The notes below the pieces were generated by a model. It had not been told where the DNA came from. It did no database searches and was given only the letters and a program-made list of their open reading frames with translations. Shown in pieces: positions 1 through 10,552 of a DNA stretch of 64,000 bases (the stretch's first letter is position 1; every line of letters begins with the position of its first letter). The position numbers and the translations under genes are program-made. This stretch comes from an uncultured Alphaproteobacteria bacterium (GTDB taxonomy: Bacteria > Pseudomonadota > Alphaproteobacteria > JAJTHO01 > G963706365): NCBI GenBank assembly GCA_963706365.1, contig OY970150.1, forward strand, positions 1,005,864 through 1,069,863, given 5' to 3'.

Positions 1-359
1 AAAAAAAGACAAACTAAACGGCTTTCCTGTACTATCTTCCATATTGACATAGTAAGGCCGGCTTTTTTGTGAAGGCGGGCGGTGATCCTGCACTTTTGCT
101 TCCAAAGTTATCAGGCCTTCGTGTTGCTGCAATCGTGGTAACAATCGGCGGCTTTGTAAAGTGTTTGGACAATGCAAAAGTAAGTCCAGCACCCGCACCC
201 CACCCAGCAGGTTTACCAAAGCCGTGCGTTGCTTTTCGCCAATCCCCTTAATAGTAGCAAGGTCAGCAAACAGCGGAAACAATGAAGAAGGACGCGGCAT
301 TTACCGCCAGCATAAAGGATGTGCTTTTAGGATTCTATAGTGATTACAAGTGCTATATA

Positions 360-947
360 TTAACGCTTGTAAGTTGCCACCAAACTATCTTCTGCAATAC
401 TATTAGCCTTAATATTAAAGCCAATCATGGCTGCACTGGCATCGGCTGGCACATCCAGTTGCTTTTTAGACAAGGCATAAATAGTAAAAATATAACGATG
501 CGCTTCGTCACCAGCAGGCGGGCAAGCACCACCATAGTTTAATCCGCCATAATCATTACGTCCCTGCATAATATTAGGGTGAATATTATGGATATGGCTG
601 CCTGCATCTTGCGGCAATTCTGTCATATCCGCAGGAATGTTATAAACAATCCAGTGCCACCAGCCGCTGCCTGTCGGGGCATCAGGATCATAAACTGTAA
701 TAGCAAAACTTTCGGTACCCTCCGGCGCGTTTTCCCACATTAGTGTAGGCGAAACGTTTTTACCGGAACAACCAAACCCATTATAAACATGTTTCATGCC
801 TAAAACTTCATCTTTTTGAATATCGGTACTTTGTAACTTAATAGATTTACTTTCTTGCGCGGTGCTTGAAAAAGGATCGAACAAAGCAACAATTGCCAAC
901 AGAAACAACGTAGTTACCATAGAAATGGTACGAACAGAAAAAATCAT
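360..947 (-). CDS. YbhB/YbcL-family phosphatidylethanolamine-binding (PEBP/Raf-kinase-inhibitor-like) periplasmic protein
   Basis: 195 aa. N-terminal signal peptide (MIFSVRTISMVTTLFLLAIVALF). PEBP core motifs YDPDAP...GSGWWHW and HRYIFTIYAL. Confidence 0.75.
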   Translation of the reverse strand: MIFSVRTISMVTTLFLLAIVALFDPFSSTAQESKSIKLQSTDIQKDEVLGMKHVYNGFGCSGKNVSPTLMWENAPEGTESFAITVYDPDAPTGSGWWHWIVYNIPADMTELPQDAGSHIHNIHPNIMQGRNDYGGLNYGGACPPAGDEAHRYIFTIYALSKKQLDVPADASAAMIGFNIKANSIAEDSLVATYKR

Positions 948-1002
948 AGGAAGGCTTTATAACCGATTTCTAAAGAATGTCAAAAATGCATAAAGATTCT
1001 GG

Positions 1003-1978
1003 CTAAAACCACTTCAACCGCTTGAATAATAGTACTTGGCAAATTATTAAAACAGTGAGTATCAGACAAAATAGTGCGAAGGCTTGTGGGTTATCTGAGC
1101 CGGGTATTCCCCCAACATTAATACCCAGCAACCCTGTTAAAAAGCCCAGTGGCAAAAAGATGGCCGCAATAACGGACAAAATATACATATTTTTGTTTAG
1201 TTTGTCTGACAACATATTGGCCAGTTCATCTTTAACGATTTGCGAACGTTCTCGAATAGCATCCAGATCCTCTACATAGCGGGTAATAAGGTTATAACTT
1301 TCCTGCAAATAGCGTTTATTATGTTCATCCAGCCAGGTTAATTCCTGCATTCTTAGCTGGTCAATGGCATCGCGCTGTGGCGCCATATAACGCCGATACA
1401 AAATGGCCTGCTTTCTAATATCTACAATTTTTTCTCTTAAATTGATACTCGCACTGGCTAAAACTTCTTCTTCGATAACATCCGTATCATCATCTAGCTG
1501 CGTTAAAGGCGATTCCATTCGGGCAAATAGGCGACGAACCAAGTTACAAACAAAATCCCCTGCCGTTACAATTTGTTGCCCGATCCGGCTTTTCTTCCAG
1601 CCGTTGCGCGATGTCTCCAACTGCCTTTAGAGGGCGTCGCTGAATACTGATGATGCGATGCGAATCAATCCATAAACGAATGGAAACCATGTCTTCCGGT
1701 TCTGCATCCTGGTTAAGATTTACACCGCGCAAAATTAACAATACGCCATCTCCTAATGCCAATAGTCGCGGCCTTGTTTCTTCCTCTAGTAAGGCATTTA
1801 CAATGATGGGGCTCAGATAATTAATATGGGTGTGCAACCAACGTGCTGTGTCTGGATGACAGGCATCTAAATGCACCCATGCCAGCTGATCATCTTTTAG
1901 ATATTTGACAATTTGCTTGTTATCTAAAGGGCAACTTGTTTCACCAATGGCATAAGCCTGTAAAATCGGGGAAGTCAT
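1003..1978 (-). CDS. CorA/ZntB-family divalent cation transporter, reading frame split into two overlapping ORFs (1544..1978 N-terminal part, 1003..1620 C-terminal part)
   Basis: C-terminal ORF ends with two TM helices and the CorA-family loop (YILSVIAAIFLPLGFLTGLLGINVGG). The upstream ORF has a soluble N-domain. The two ORFs are in different frames and overlap by 77 nt; the summed length (~330 aa) equals a normal CorA/ZntB. Confidence 0.7.
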
Positions 1979-1987
1979 TCAATAATT

Positions 1988-2869
1988 TTATCCTTCAATG
2001 GCTTCTTTCTTAGCAATTGTAAGATTTTCCTTAAAGGTTAAAGTGCGGTATGGAAACGGTATTTCAATACCCGCATTATCTAGGGCACGTTTCACAGCCG
2101 CAACAACGTTATCTTTCGATTGCCGCTCGTCTACTGGTTTTGAACCAGTCCACCAGGTTACCTCAAAATCAATGCTACTAGAACCAAAACTCTGCGCGAA
2201 AATTTGCACGGGTTTATCTTTATTAACGTATTCAGTGTTTTCAACCGCTTTTCTAATAACTTCCCGGCTTTTATCCACATCTTCGTCATAGGCCACACCA
2301 CACATAATGGTAACACGCCGCGTATCCCAATCAGTTAATACATGTACCGGGTTTTTAAACAGCATAGCATTAGGCAACATCACCAGTTCACCATCTGTTT
2401 GCCGAATATATGTATCACGAATTGTAATTTTCTTAACTTGCCCTTTTACATCATTAATCTCGATATAATCTCCCAGGCGCATTGGTTCGCGCAATAAAAT
2501 CATGATGCCGGCAATAAAATTTTCAAAGATATCTTTAAAGGCTAAACCGACCGCAATGGAACCTAGCCCCAGCCCCGCCAGTATTTTAGCTGGCGTCAAG
2601 TTTGGCATGGCAATAGTTGCAGCAATTAAAATACCAAAAACCCAGATGGCAATGGTTATAATCGTTTTGCTAACTTCTTTTAAAGAAGGCCGCATATTCG
2701 ATTTTCCGATAGTTTTGCGAGATATCAGCCTGACCAGTTTTACAACAAGCCATGTGAAACATAGGAATAAAAGTGCCGCCAAGCCTTGTGGCAAGAAGGC
2801 AATAAATTCTTTTACAAATCCTGCTGCCTGTTCTTGTACAATTTCCAGTGGCTCAATATCTTCAAACAT
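1988..2869 (-). CDS. Small-conductance mechanosensitive channel (MscS family)
   Basis: 293 aa with N-terminal TM helices and an MscS beta-domain signature (LGDYIEINDVKGQVKKITIRDTYIRQTDGELVMLPNAMLF). Confidence 0.8.
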   Translation of the reverse strand: MFEDIEPLEIVQEQAAGFVKEFIAFLPQGLAALLFLCFTWLVVKLVRLISRKTIGKSNMRPSLKEVSKTIITIAIWVFGILIAATIAMPNLTPAKILAGLGLGSIAVGLAFKDIFENFIAGIMILLREPMRLGDYIEINDVKGQVKKITIRDTYIRQTDGELVMLPNAMLFKNPVHVLTDWDTRRVTIMCGVAYDEDVDKSREVIRKAVENTEYVNKDKPVQIFAQSFGSSSIDFEVTWWTGSKPVDERQSKDNVVAAVKRALDNAGIEIPFPYRTLTFKENLTIAKKEAIEG

Positions 2870-2918
2870 ATGTTCAAAAGAACAAAGCTAATATAAATAT
2901 ACCATAATCATTCGTGTT

Positions 2919-3554
2919 TTAGAATTTTACAGTTAACGCCTGTACAGAACGGTTATAACTGACAATTAAAATATATAATACAGTGGCATTTAATAGATGC
3001 CACAGCGGATGTGTGCCGACAGGAACATAAGCACATGCCCAACTATCAAGCGAGCGAAACATTAACGATAAGACAAAAATCCCCATACCTAGCCATAAAG
3101 TTTTAGCTTCATAAAGATATCCTTTTTGAAATCGTTGCCAACCAATTAATACGATAACAATCAGTGGTGATAAATACCCTAGCCCCTGCCCCCAACGGCC
3201 AAACGGCTGTAAACTGCCAATCATTACAATGCCTGCAAAAGTGGTTGCAATGACTAAAAACGCAATCGCAGTTTTGTAATGCATTATATAACGCGTATAG
3301 CACCAGAGGTAATAGACGATTAGTATCGCAATAAAACCACTATCCATTGCAAGGCCTATCCCCGTTTGGGTTGCATGCCAGATCGTGCTGCCCAGCCCAA
3401 TACAAAAGACTAGAACACTCATTATATTTGTAGAGTAATGTTTGCTTTTCAACCGCAACAGCAAAACAGCACTAATAAAAAATGCCAAGTTTGTTAGGGT
3501 GTTGATAGGCTCCAACAGAAAACCATCATAGGATTCACAGTAATATGATTGCAT
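2919..3554 (-). CDS. Polytopic membrane protein, ceramidase-like family (PF05875-like)
   Basis: 211 aa with about 7 TM helices. N-terminal EPINTLTNLAFF motif typical of the alkaline ceramidase/ceramidase family. Family assignment is tentative. Confidence 0.4.
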   Translation of the reverse strand: MQSYYCESYDGFLLEPINTLTNLAFFISAVLLLRLKSKHYSTNIMSVLVFCIGLGSTIWHATQTGIGLAMDSGFIAILIVYYLWCYTRYIMHYKTAIAFLVIATTFAGIVMIGSLQPFGRWGQGLGYLSPLIVIVLIGWQRFQKGYLYEAKTLWLGMGIFVLSLMFRSLDSWACAYVPVGTHPLWHLLNATVLYILIVSYNRSVQALTVKF

Positions 3555-3627
3555 GTTTTTGTTGTTATCGGTATTTCAGGTTTTTAGAAACAAGCAATCT
3601 ATTGTAAACGGAAGTATTGGAAGACAT

Positions 3628-3703
3628 GCCGATGTAGCTCAGCTGGTAGAGCACCGCATTCGTAATGCGTAGGTCGTAGGTTCGAATCCTATCATCGGCA
3701 CCA
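3628..3703 (+). tRNA. tRNA-Thr (anticodon CGU)
   Basis: GCCGATG acceptor pairs with CATCGGC. D-arm GCTC/GAGC, anticodon loop TTCGTAA (CGT), T-loop TTCGAAT, encoded CCA. Cloverleaf folded by hand. Confidence 0.9.
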
Positions 3704-3844
3704 TGTATTTCCTGGAAACTTAACAAAGTCAAGCGACTGCGCTTAGTCGAAGTAGAAAAAGGCTAATAAAAATAATAATCTTCTTTATCAATACTTTTCA
3801 GAAATCCTTGTTGCCAGCCTAATCTATAACTCTATAAATAAATT

Positions 3845-4821
3845 ATGAGTCTATTAGAATCCCGTCCTGTTTACAAACCGTTCAACTACCCCTGGGCTTA
3901 CGATGCCTGGTTGATGCAGCAGCGCATCCACTGGCTGCCGGAAGAAGTGCCGCTGGCCGACGACGTTAAAGACTGGCAGCGCACCCTTACCGAGGGCGAA
4001 CGCAACCTGCTTACCCAGATTTTTCGGTTCTTCACCCAGGCCGATGTGGAAGTGAACAACTGTTACATGAAGCACTATTCGCAAGTGTTTCAACCCACCG
4101 AAGTGCAAATGATGATGGCAGCGTTTTCGAATATTGAAACCGTGCATATTGCCGCCTACTCCCACTTGCTAGACACCGTTGGCATGCCGGAAATTGAGTA
4201 TTCCGCTTTCCTGCAATACAAGGAAATGAAAGACAAATACGACTACATGCAAAAGTTTGGCGTGGACACCAAGCGTGATATTGCCATAACGCTGGCCGTG
4301 TTTGGTGCATTTACTGAAGGTTTGCAACTGTTCGCCAGTTTTGCCATGTTGTTGAACTTTCCGCGACATAATATAATGAAGGGCATGGGGCAGATTGTTT
4401 CTTGGTCTGTACGTGATGAAACCCTACACTGTACCTCTGTGATTCGCTTGTTTAAAACCTTTCTGCAAGAAAACCCGGAAGTGATGGACGATAGTTTACG
4501 CGCCGATTTAGCCAGTGCGTGTAAAACTATTGTTGAACACGAAGATGCCTTTATTGATCTGGCGTTTGAAATGGGCGGCATTCAGGGCCTGAACGGGTGA
4601 AGAGGTAAAACAATACATTCGCTATATTGCTGATCGTCGTTTGCATCCACTTGGGCATAGATCCGATCTATAATATAGAAGAAAACCCCCTGCCCTGGAT
4701 TGATGAAATCATGAACGGTGTGGAACATGCCAACTTCTTTGAAAGCCGTGCCACGGAATATACCAAGGCCGCAACAACAGGCAGTTGGGAAGAAGCATTT
4801 GATACAATGTTAGCCGCATAA
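3845..4821 (+). CDS. nrdB: Ribonucleoside-diphosphate reductase beta subunit (class I R2), reading frame broken twice near the 3' end
   Basis: 251-aa ORF matches R2 through ...EMGGIQGLNG*. The continuation NGEEVKQYIRYIADRRLHPLG is in the +1 frame (shift at cGGGtga, ~4595). A second shift at cttGGGcat (~4660) restores ...IDPIYNIEENPLPWIDEIMNGVEHANFFESRATEYTKA (the listed 64-aa ORF 4627..4821). No nrdA is adjacent. Confidence 0.85.
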
Positions 4822-4980
4822 AAATTGAGCCTTTACTTTAAAAGTAAAGGCCCAAGTTGATATGGAGCGACATCTATTTATTAAACTATCCTAAAAAAGT
4901 TTAATAATAGTTAACAAAGCAACTATTTGGTTATTTTAAAAAATAGTGATCCATTTGAGTGACATTTCCGTATTAAGAGT

Positions 4981-5826
4981 ATGTCAAACTTAGAACACGG
5001 CAAATTTGCTAATTCAGCTATGAAAAAAAAGCTGCTGGATAAAGAAGAAGAAATAGAGCTCGCCAGAAGCTGGCTGGAAGACAAAGACGAGGCTGCTTTA
5101 TCCAAACTGATTTTAGCCCATGGTCGATTGGTTGTAAGCAATGCCGCAAAATTCCGCTTTTATGGCTTGCAACAGGGTGATTTAATTCAGGAAGGCAATA
5201 TCGGTTTAATAGAAGCCGCCAACCGTTTCGATTATACCCGCGATATTCGTTTTTCTACTTACGCAACCTGGTGGATTCGCTCTTATATGCAAGATTTTAT
5301 TTTAAGGAATTGGTCTATTGTAAGAACAGGAACAACCTCTGCGCAAAAATCGCTATTTTTCAATTTGCGGCGTTTGCGTTCGAAAATTGAAGAAACCAAC
5401 CGCGAAGAGTTGGGTGATAAAGGACGCAAGGAGATTGCCAGGCAACTAGGTGTTAAGCTTGTTGAGGTTGAAAAAATGGAAAACCGCCTCAATATGTCCG
5501 ATCAATCCTTAAACATGAAATGTTTTGATGATTCAGATACTGATATTCAAGATTTACTAGTGGATGAAACAGCCGACCCTGAACGCCTCGCCACCAATCG
5601 TATTGATGCAGAAACCCGCCATAAATATATTAACCTGGCACTAGCCAGTTTAACCGAACGAGAGCAAACAATTGTAAAACAGCGCCGCCTTCGGGAAGAT
5701 GGTATCACTTTAGAAGAGCTTGGCAAAAAACTGGGAATTAGCAAAGAGCGGGTACGACAACTTGAAGCCGGTGCCTTAAATAAAATGCATGTTTTTTTAG
5801 GGGATAAATTGGGGTTATTGTGTTAG
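4981..5826 (+). CDS. rpoH: RNA polymerase sigma-32 heat-shock factor
   Basis: 281 aa. Sigma-70 region 2 ([18 protein letters not shown]...YATWWIR), RpoH box ([13 protein letters not shown]), and region 4 HTH ([21 protein letters not shown]). Confidence 0.85.
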   Translation: MSNLEHGKFANSAMKKKLLDKEEEIELARSWLEDKDEAALSKLILAHGRLVVSNAAKFRFYGLQQGDLIQEGNIGLIEAANRFDYTRDIRFSTYATWWIRSYMQDFILRNWSIVRTGTTSAQKSLFFNLRRLRSKIEETNREELGDKGRKEIARQLGVKLVEVEKMENRLNMSDQSLNMKCFDDSDTDIQDLLVDETADPERLATNRIDAETRHKYINLALASLTEREQTIVKQRRLREDGITLEELGKKLGISKERVRQLEAGALNKMHVFLGDKLGLLC

Positions 5827-5828
5827 GT

Positions 5829-6224
5829 TTAGTAGTTTTCCAAATTCCGAATCTTCTTCTTACCCAATAATTTCAAAGTAATATTACGCACTGCCCGCAT
5901 GGATGGATAGCAGGTTCGGGCAACGCGTTTGGATTTAAACATACTGTTTTTAAACACATTTAACAGCCCTTTGTTGGCGCCCAACTTCGCCATAATGTGC
6001 AAGGCCTCATCCCCCTGATAAAGTTGGCCGTTATATTTGAAAACCATGCCCTCATCTAAATCAATGCGGGCATCCTGAATTTCCTGCATAACGGGGTGGT
6101 CTTTTTGGGTGCGCGCATCAACGATTTCTAGCTCACCAAAAGTTTCTTTCATGCGGTAGTGTGAAGCCTCGATGCTGCATAAGGGGCATTCGCCATCATA
6201 GACAAAATAGACTGTGTTATTCAT
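5829..6224 (-). CDS. DCC-family thiol-disulfide oxidoreductase (DUF393)
   Basis: 131 aa. N-terminal VYFVYDGECPLCS motif characteristic of DCC1-like proteins. Confidence 0.65.
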   Translation of the reverse strand: MNNTVYFVYDGECPLCSIEASHYRMKETFGELEIVDARTQKDHPVMQEIQDARIDLDEGMVFKYNGQLYQGDEALHIMAKLGANKGLLNVFKNSMFKSKRVARTCYPSMRAVRNITLKLLGKKKIRNLENY

Positions 6225-6226
6225 TG

Positions 6227-7654
6227 TTAACTCCTGAAAATAGCGTTAAACGCCTGGTTGATGTTTGTATATTGGAATTGATAGCCACCGGTTTGTGTAG
6301 GCAAAACTTTCTGACCATTCGCCATTAAATCTTCACCCATTTTACCGAAAATAATTTTTACCAATAAAAGGGGCATCGGTAAAAGCGCGGGGCGGTGCAT
6401 GGCTTTGCCCAAAGCTTTGGCAAATTCTTTTTGCGGCACAGGCTGCGGGGCGGTTGCATTCACAACACCTGTCACCTGTTTATTTAAACAATGCAAGATA
6501 AGCCCGACCATATCGTCGCGGTGAATCCAAGACCACCATTGCTGGCCATCACCAATTGCCCCCCCTGCCCCACAATCATAGGGAATTAGCAGCTCTCTTA
6601 AAGCACCACCGTCTTTTTCAATAACCAGTCCAATCCGCAAAATTGTTGTGGGGATTGTAACAGCCTGAAGGTTTTCTTCCAGTTCCATACATATACGTTG
6701 AGCAAAGCTGCCATCTTGCTGCAATTGGCTATTTTCTGTGTATTCGTTGGTTGCATGCATACCGTAAATACCGATGGCAGAGGCCTGAATAAACTGATCT
6801 GGTTTATGTTCTAACCGTTCCATTAAACCGGTTAGGCCATATAACATTTGCATGCGGCTATCGCGAATTTTAAGACGTTTTTTCGCTGTCCAGCGTTTGG
6901 CAACCGGTTCACCAGCCAAATTAATGATGGCATCAATTTTTTCATGGTTATGAATATATTCCAGTGATTCAATAAAGGTAACGCGCCCTGTAAACTTGTC
7001 TCCTGCTTTTAAAATATTACGCGTTAGAACCGTTACTTCGTGCCCTTGGTTAATAAGTTCCTGGCATAGGCGTTGTCCAATAAAGCCGGTTGCGCCTGTA
7101 ACGAGGATACGTTGGTGCATTTTTTTCAGTATTGGAAATTCAAAGGTATTAACTGGCTGTGGTTTACTTAGTTTTAAACCTCTGGCTAAATCCCGAATAC
7201 CCCATGTGAAAACACCCAGGGCATACAACGTCATCACCCAAGATAAAAAACCGTAATTTACAGTAAAAAATCCGCTAGGCTGGCCTTTCCATTGCCATAA
7301 AATAGGCATAAACAGGGCAATGATGGCACCATAGTTTAGGGTTAGAATTGCATGGGTCACACGCTCGGTGGCGGGCAGTTTTCGGCTGCGATCTTCTTCA
7401 ACAAAATCCCACAATGTTATCAAAACTTCTGTTAAAATAATGGCTGCAAATACCCAGGCCAGCGCACCGTGCCAATGAAACCAGCCAAAACTGATGAATA
7501 CCACGGCGTAAAACATATTACGTACGCCATGTAACAACATCTCCTTTGCGGCTGTTTTACGCCAAGGCAACTTTTCTATTAATTCATGGTGATAAAACAT
7601 GTCAAAGGCTCCCAAAAGCCCTTGCACGGTTAAAAATATAAGAATAGCTTCCAT
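6227..7654 (-). CDS. Membrane-anchored NAD-dependent epimerase/dehydratase family protein (TIGR01777/YfcH-like, DUF1731 C-terminus)
   Basis: 475 aa. An N-terminal ~170-aa multi-TM domain is fused to a Rossmann domain (ILVTGATGFIGQRLCQELINQGHEVTVLTRN). The start codon overlaps the stop of the upstream gene at 7654 (ATGA). Confidence 0.7.
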   Translation of the reverse strand: MEAILIFLTVQGLLGAFDMFYHHELIEKLPWRKTAAKEMLLHGVRNMFYAVVFISFGWFHWHGALAWVFAAIILTEVLITLWDFVEEDRSRKLPATERVTHAILTLNYGAIIALFMPILWQWKGQPSGFFTVNYGFLSWVMTLYALGVFTWGIRDLARGLKLSKPQPVNTFEFPILKKMHQRILVTGATGFIGQRLCQELINQGHEVTVLTRNILKAGDKFTGRVTFIESLEYIHNHEKIDAIINLAGEPVAKRWTAKKRLKIRDSRMQMLYGLTGLMERLEHKPDQFIQASAIGIYGMHATNEYTENSQLQQDGSFAQRICMELEENLQAVTIPTTILRIGLVIEKDGGALRELLIPYDCGAGGAIGDGQQWWSWIHRDDMVGLILHCLNKQVTGVVNATAPQPVPQKEFAKALGKAMHRPALLPMPLLLVKIIFGKMGEDLMANGQKVLPTQTGGYQFQYTNINQAFNAIFRS

Positions 7655-8325
7655 TAGTTTACCTTTCTTTTAAATAGACCAGTTTGAAAAAATGTTTCGC
7701 CCAATTGTTTGTGTGTCATGCGAATAGTAAACCGAAACTGGCCACTGCCTTTGTCTTCATGGATTACATGTGTTTGGCCGGGGGTGATAAAATGCGGCAG
7801 CTTTAGGCGGAATTTCCCAACTTGAAAGAAATAATGCACCCCTTTAAAATGTAACTGCTGGTTTTCAGCATACACCCGCAATACCATGCCAAAACCGCCG
7901 CCCACGCATTCTAACAAATGTTTACTTTTACTATCGCTACTTTTTACGCTTGTTACGGTATAAGGTTTCTTGTTTGGTAAATGGTAAGTACGCTGCCAGC
8001 ATACGCCTTTTCGTTTTATACAACGAAATAATTTCACATCCATAGGAATGGCATCCCCCTCAAACGGCGTTAATGGATTGCCGATAATCTTGGTTAGCAC
8101 AGCAAACAACCAGCCGGTTCTAGAACAGCGTGTGTCCATATGTCCTTTGTAATGAATCAATTCGTTTTCTGCAGGGTCGTGCATAAAACGGGCTTGGATA
8201 TTGGCATGCAATTCTTGCCATTGATCACCAAGATGTTCGCTTAGCATACTGGAGGGTGTTTCAGGCAAATAAACGATATTTTGTTTGTAAGCTTGCTGTG
8301 CCATTGAAATCTCCTGTAAAAACAC
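7654..8325 (-). CDS. Hypothetical protein, possibly DUF4166 family (often co-located with TIGR01777 epimerases)
   Basis: 223-aa ORF translationally coupled to the downstream epimerase gene. Family assignment is from memory of the gene-neighbourhood pattern only. Confidence 0.4.
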   Translation of the reverse strand: MFLQEISMAQQAYKQNIVYLPETPSSMLSEHLGDQWQELHANIQARFMHDPAENELIHYKGHMDTRCSRTGWLFAVLTKIIGNPLTPFEGDAIPMDVKLFRCIKRKGVCWQRTYHLPNKKPYTVTSVKSSDSKSKHLLECVGGGFGMVLRVYAENQQLHFKGVHYFFQVGKFRLKLPHFITPGQTHVIHEDKGSGQFRFTIRMTHKQLGETFFQTGLFKRKVN

Positions 8326-8348
8326 TATATTAATATTTAACTAATAAA

Positions 8349-8375
8349 CTAAATAACATATTTTTAGTTATTTAG
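8349..8375. promoter_or_regulatory. Perfect inverted repeat CTAAATAAC-N9-GTTATTTAG in divergent promoter region (candidate ArsR-family operator)
   Basis: Read directly: ctaaataac atatttttA gttatttag, 66 bp upstream of the ArsR-family gene and upstream of the divergent DUF4166/epimerase/DCC operon. Confidence 0.35.
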
Positions 8376-8441
8376 TCAATAGGTTAAATACAATTGGTGC
8401 TATTGCCCGCCAGTGTGCTATACTTATATGAATAGAATCTT

Positions 8442-8779
8442 ATGACAAAACGCAACAACCCCTTTAATGAAAAAATCTTCTCCGCATTGTCTTCCGGAGT
8501 ACGGCGCAACATTCTGGCTTATTTATCGCACACTGATTTAACTGCCGGCGAAATTGCCGAGCGTTTTGAAATTTCAAAACCATCTTTATCCAAGCATTTA
8601 AATATTTTGGAAAATGCCGGGCTTGTAACTAGTGAAAAAAAGGCCAGTTTGTGCATTACAAACTGGTGCAAGATAATTTGGCAAATACGCTGAACGGCTT
8701 TATGCAGGAAGTTTGCCCCGTTAGGCGCCCCATTCGCAAAGAAAGTAAGAAACTGGCTGAAAGCAAGAGTGTCAATTAG
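8442..8779 (+). CDS. ArsR/SmtB-family HTH transcriptional regulator, reading frame broken at an A8 run
   Basis: N-terminal HTH (LTAGEIAERFEISKPSLSKHLNILENAGLV). After gtgAAAAAAAAggcc (~8633-8642) the ArsR wing continues in the +1 frame (GQFVHYKLVQDNLANTLNGFMQEVCPV...SVN*, stop at 8779). The annotated frame instead gives a nonsense tail ...CITNWCKIIWQIR*. Confidence 0.7.
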
Positions 8780-8894
8780 CAGGATTATAGAAAACCCATT
8801 GACCAAGCCATTATAATCCATCATAAAGATGCCGTTACTTTTACCCCTGCGGGAGAATCGTTTACGATACCGAAGGCGCAACCGCCCTGGAAAC

Positions 8895-9012
8895 GCTCAG
8901 GTCACCGGACTGTAGGGTAATGTAGCCTCTGGAAAGTGGTTTACCACGCCGAAGAAGTCAATCTTTCAGGCCGTTTAATAGCGAAAGACAGAGAGGGCAT
9001 AAACGATTAGGA
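8895..9012 (+). promoter_or_regulatory. Candidate glycine riboswitch (gcvT leader)
   Basis: Leader of the gcvT operon contains CTCTGGAAAG...CACGCCGAAGAAGTCAA...CTTTCAGGCC...GACAGAGAGG, resembling the conserved glycine aptamer elements (CUCUGGAGAG / CGCCGAAGGAGCAA / CUCAGGCAAAAGGACAG). Not folded computationally. Confidence 0.45.
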
Positions 9013-9017
9013 GATTT

Positions 9018-10114
9018 ATGTCAAAACTACTACCGCTGCACGATATACATCTTAGCCTAGGTGCGAAAATGGTGCCGTTTGCCGGCTATGAAATGCCCAT
9101 TCAATACAAAGACGGCATTATGCAGGAACATTTACACACGCGGGAAGAAGCCTCCGTTTTTGATGTTTCCCATATGGGGCAAGCTTTGCTAATTGGGGAA
9201 GGCTGCCGATAAATATCTGGAAACCCTGGTACCAGGTGACATTCAAAATCTTGAACTTAACTGTATGCGCTATACAGTTCTATTGAATGTACAAGGCGGC
9301 ATCATTGACGATTTAATGGTGACACGCCGCATTCACAACAATGAACCTTGTTTATTCCTGGTTTTTAATGCCGCACGCGTAGAACATGATTTTGCGGCCA
9401 TTGGGGATAACCTGCCAGGGCATTTAACCCTGCGCCCGATGCCGCAACATGCTTTACTTGCGGTGCAGGGCCCCAGGGCAGAAGCCGCTGTAGCCGCTTT
9501 GCTGCCCGGATGCGGCGCATTGCATTTTATGCATGGTATGGACATTGAATATAAAGGCGTGCCTGTTTATGTTAGTCGTTCCGGTTATACCGGTGAGGAC
9601 GGCTTTGAAATTTCTATTCCCAGCCGGGCGGCAGAACGTTTTTTACATGATTTAGTGGATACAGAACGCGCCAAACCGGCTGGCCTTGGTGCCAGAGATA
9701 GCCTGCGTTTAGAAGCAGGTCTTTGTTTATATGGCCATGATCTTAGCGAAGAAACCACCCCTGTTGAGGCCAGTATAGGCTGGGTTATCAACAAAGGGCG
9801 CGAACAAAACTATGCGGGTGCTGCGCGTATTCAGGATCAGCAAGAAAAATGGTGCCCCACGTAAATTAACGGCCTTTACTGTACAAGGCCGTGCCCCGGT
9901 AAGGGAAGGCGCTGAAATTTTTCTAGGGCTTGAAAAAGTGGGCGAAATTACCAGCGGTGGCTTTTCTCCCACCCTGCAAAAACCTATATGCATGGGGTAT
10001 GTCAGTAAAAAAGCCAATGCCTATACGGCAAAAGTACGCGGTAAAGAAATTGATTTAATTGTAACAAAATTACCGTTTGTTGAACATCGGTACAAAAAGG
10101 AAATTAAGGCCTAA
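9018..10114 (+). CDS. gcvT: Glycine cleavage system T protein (aminomethyltransferase), reading frame broken twice
   Basis: Three consecutive ORFs (9018..9212, 9193..9864, 9812..10114) in frames 3, 1 and 2 together give a contiguous GcvT: ...[11 protein letters not shown] | [11 protein letters not shown]...[11 protein letters not shown] | [22 protein letters not shown]... The shifts are at ttGGGGaagg (~9200) and caagAAAAAtgg (~9850). Confidence 0.85.
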
Positions 10115-10133
10115 GTGGCATCTGGAAAATACT

Positions 10134-10502
10134 ATGACTAAAAAATATACAAAAGAACATGAATGGCTGCAAGATAATGGCGATGGCTCGTATACCATTG
10201 GTATTACGGAGCATGCACAATCACAACTAGGTGATGTTGTGTATGTTGAGCTGCCTGAAATTGGTGCGGCATTTGAAGCCACCGACGAAGCAGCCACAGT
10301 AGAATCTGTTAAGGCCGCATCCGAAGTATATGCCCCTATCAGTGGCGAAATTACCGCCATCAATGAGGCGCTAAACGACAACCCTGTTTTAGTGAACGAA
10401 GCCGCAGAAACTGATGGCTGGTTTTTTAAGATAAAACCAAGTGATGCCGCACAGCTTGATGCCTTAATGACAGAAGACGAATACAAAGAACTGATTGGAT
10501 AA
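10134..10502 (+). CDS. gcvH: Glycine cleavage system H protein (lipoyl carrier)
   Basis: 122 aa from the ATG at 10134 (the ORF-track start at 10077 is upstream of the likely start). Lipoyl-lysine motif [17 protein letters not shown]. Confidence 0.9.
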   Translation: MTKKYTKEHEWLQDNGDGSYTIGITEHAQSQLGDVVYVELPEIGAAFEATDEAATVESVKAASEVYAPISGEITAINEALNDNPVLVNEAAETDGWFFKIKPSDAAQLDALMTEDEYKELIG

Positions 10503-10552
10503 AAACAAGCTTTTGTACTTACAAACCTGTACCCTTAATACCCGATAAAATT

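Noticed and set aside
69-542. 60-aa and 86-aa plus-strand ORFs at the window start
   Set aside because: They overlap the PEBP gene and the minus-strand HhH-motif ORF. Odd composition, no motifs.
8519-8881. 120-aa minus-strand ORF
   Set aside because: It is antisense to the ArsR-family gene and the glycine-riboswitch leader, with no motifs. Likely spurious.
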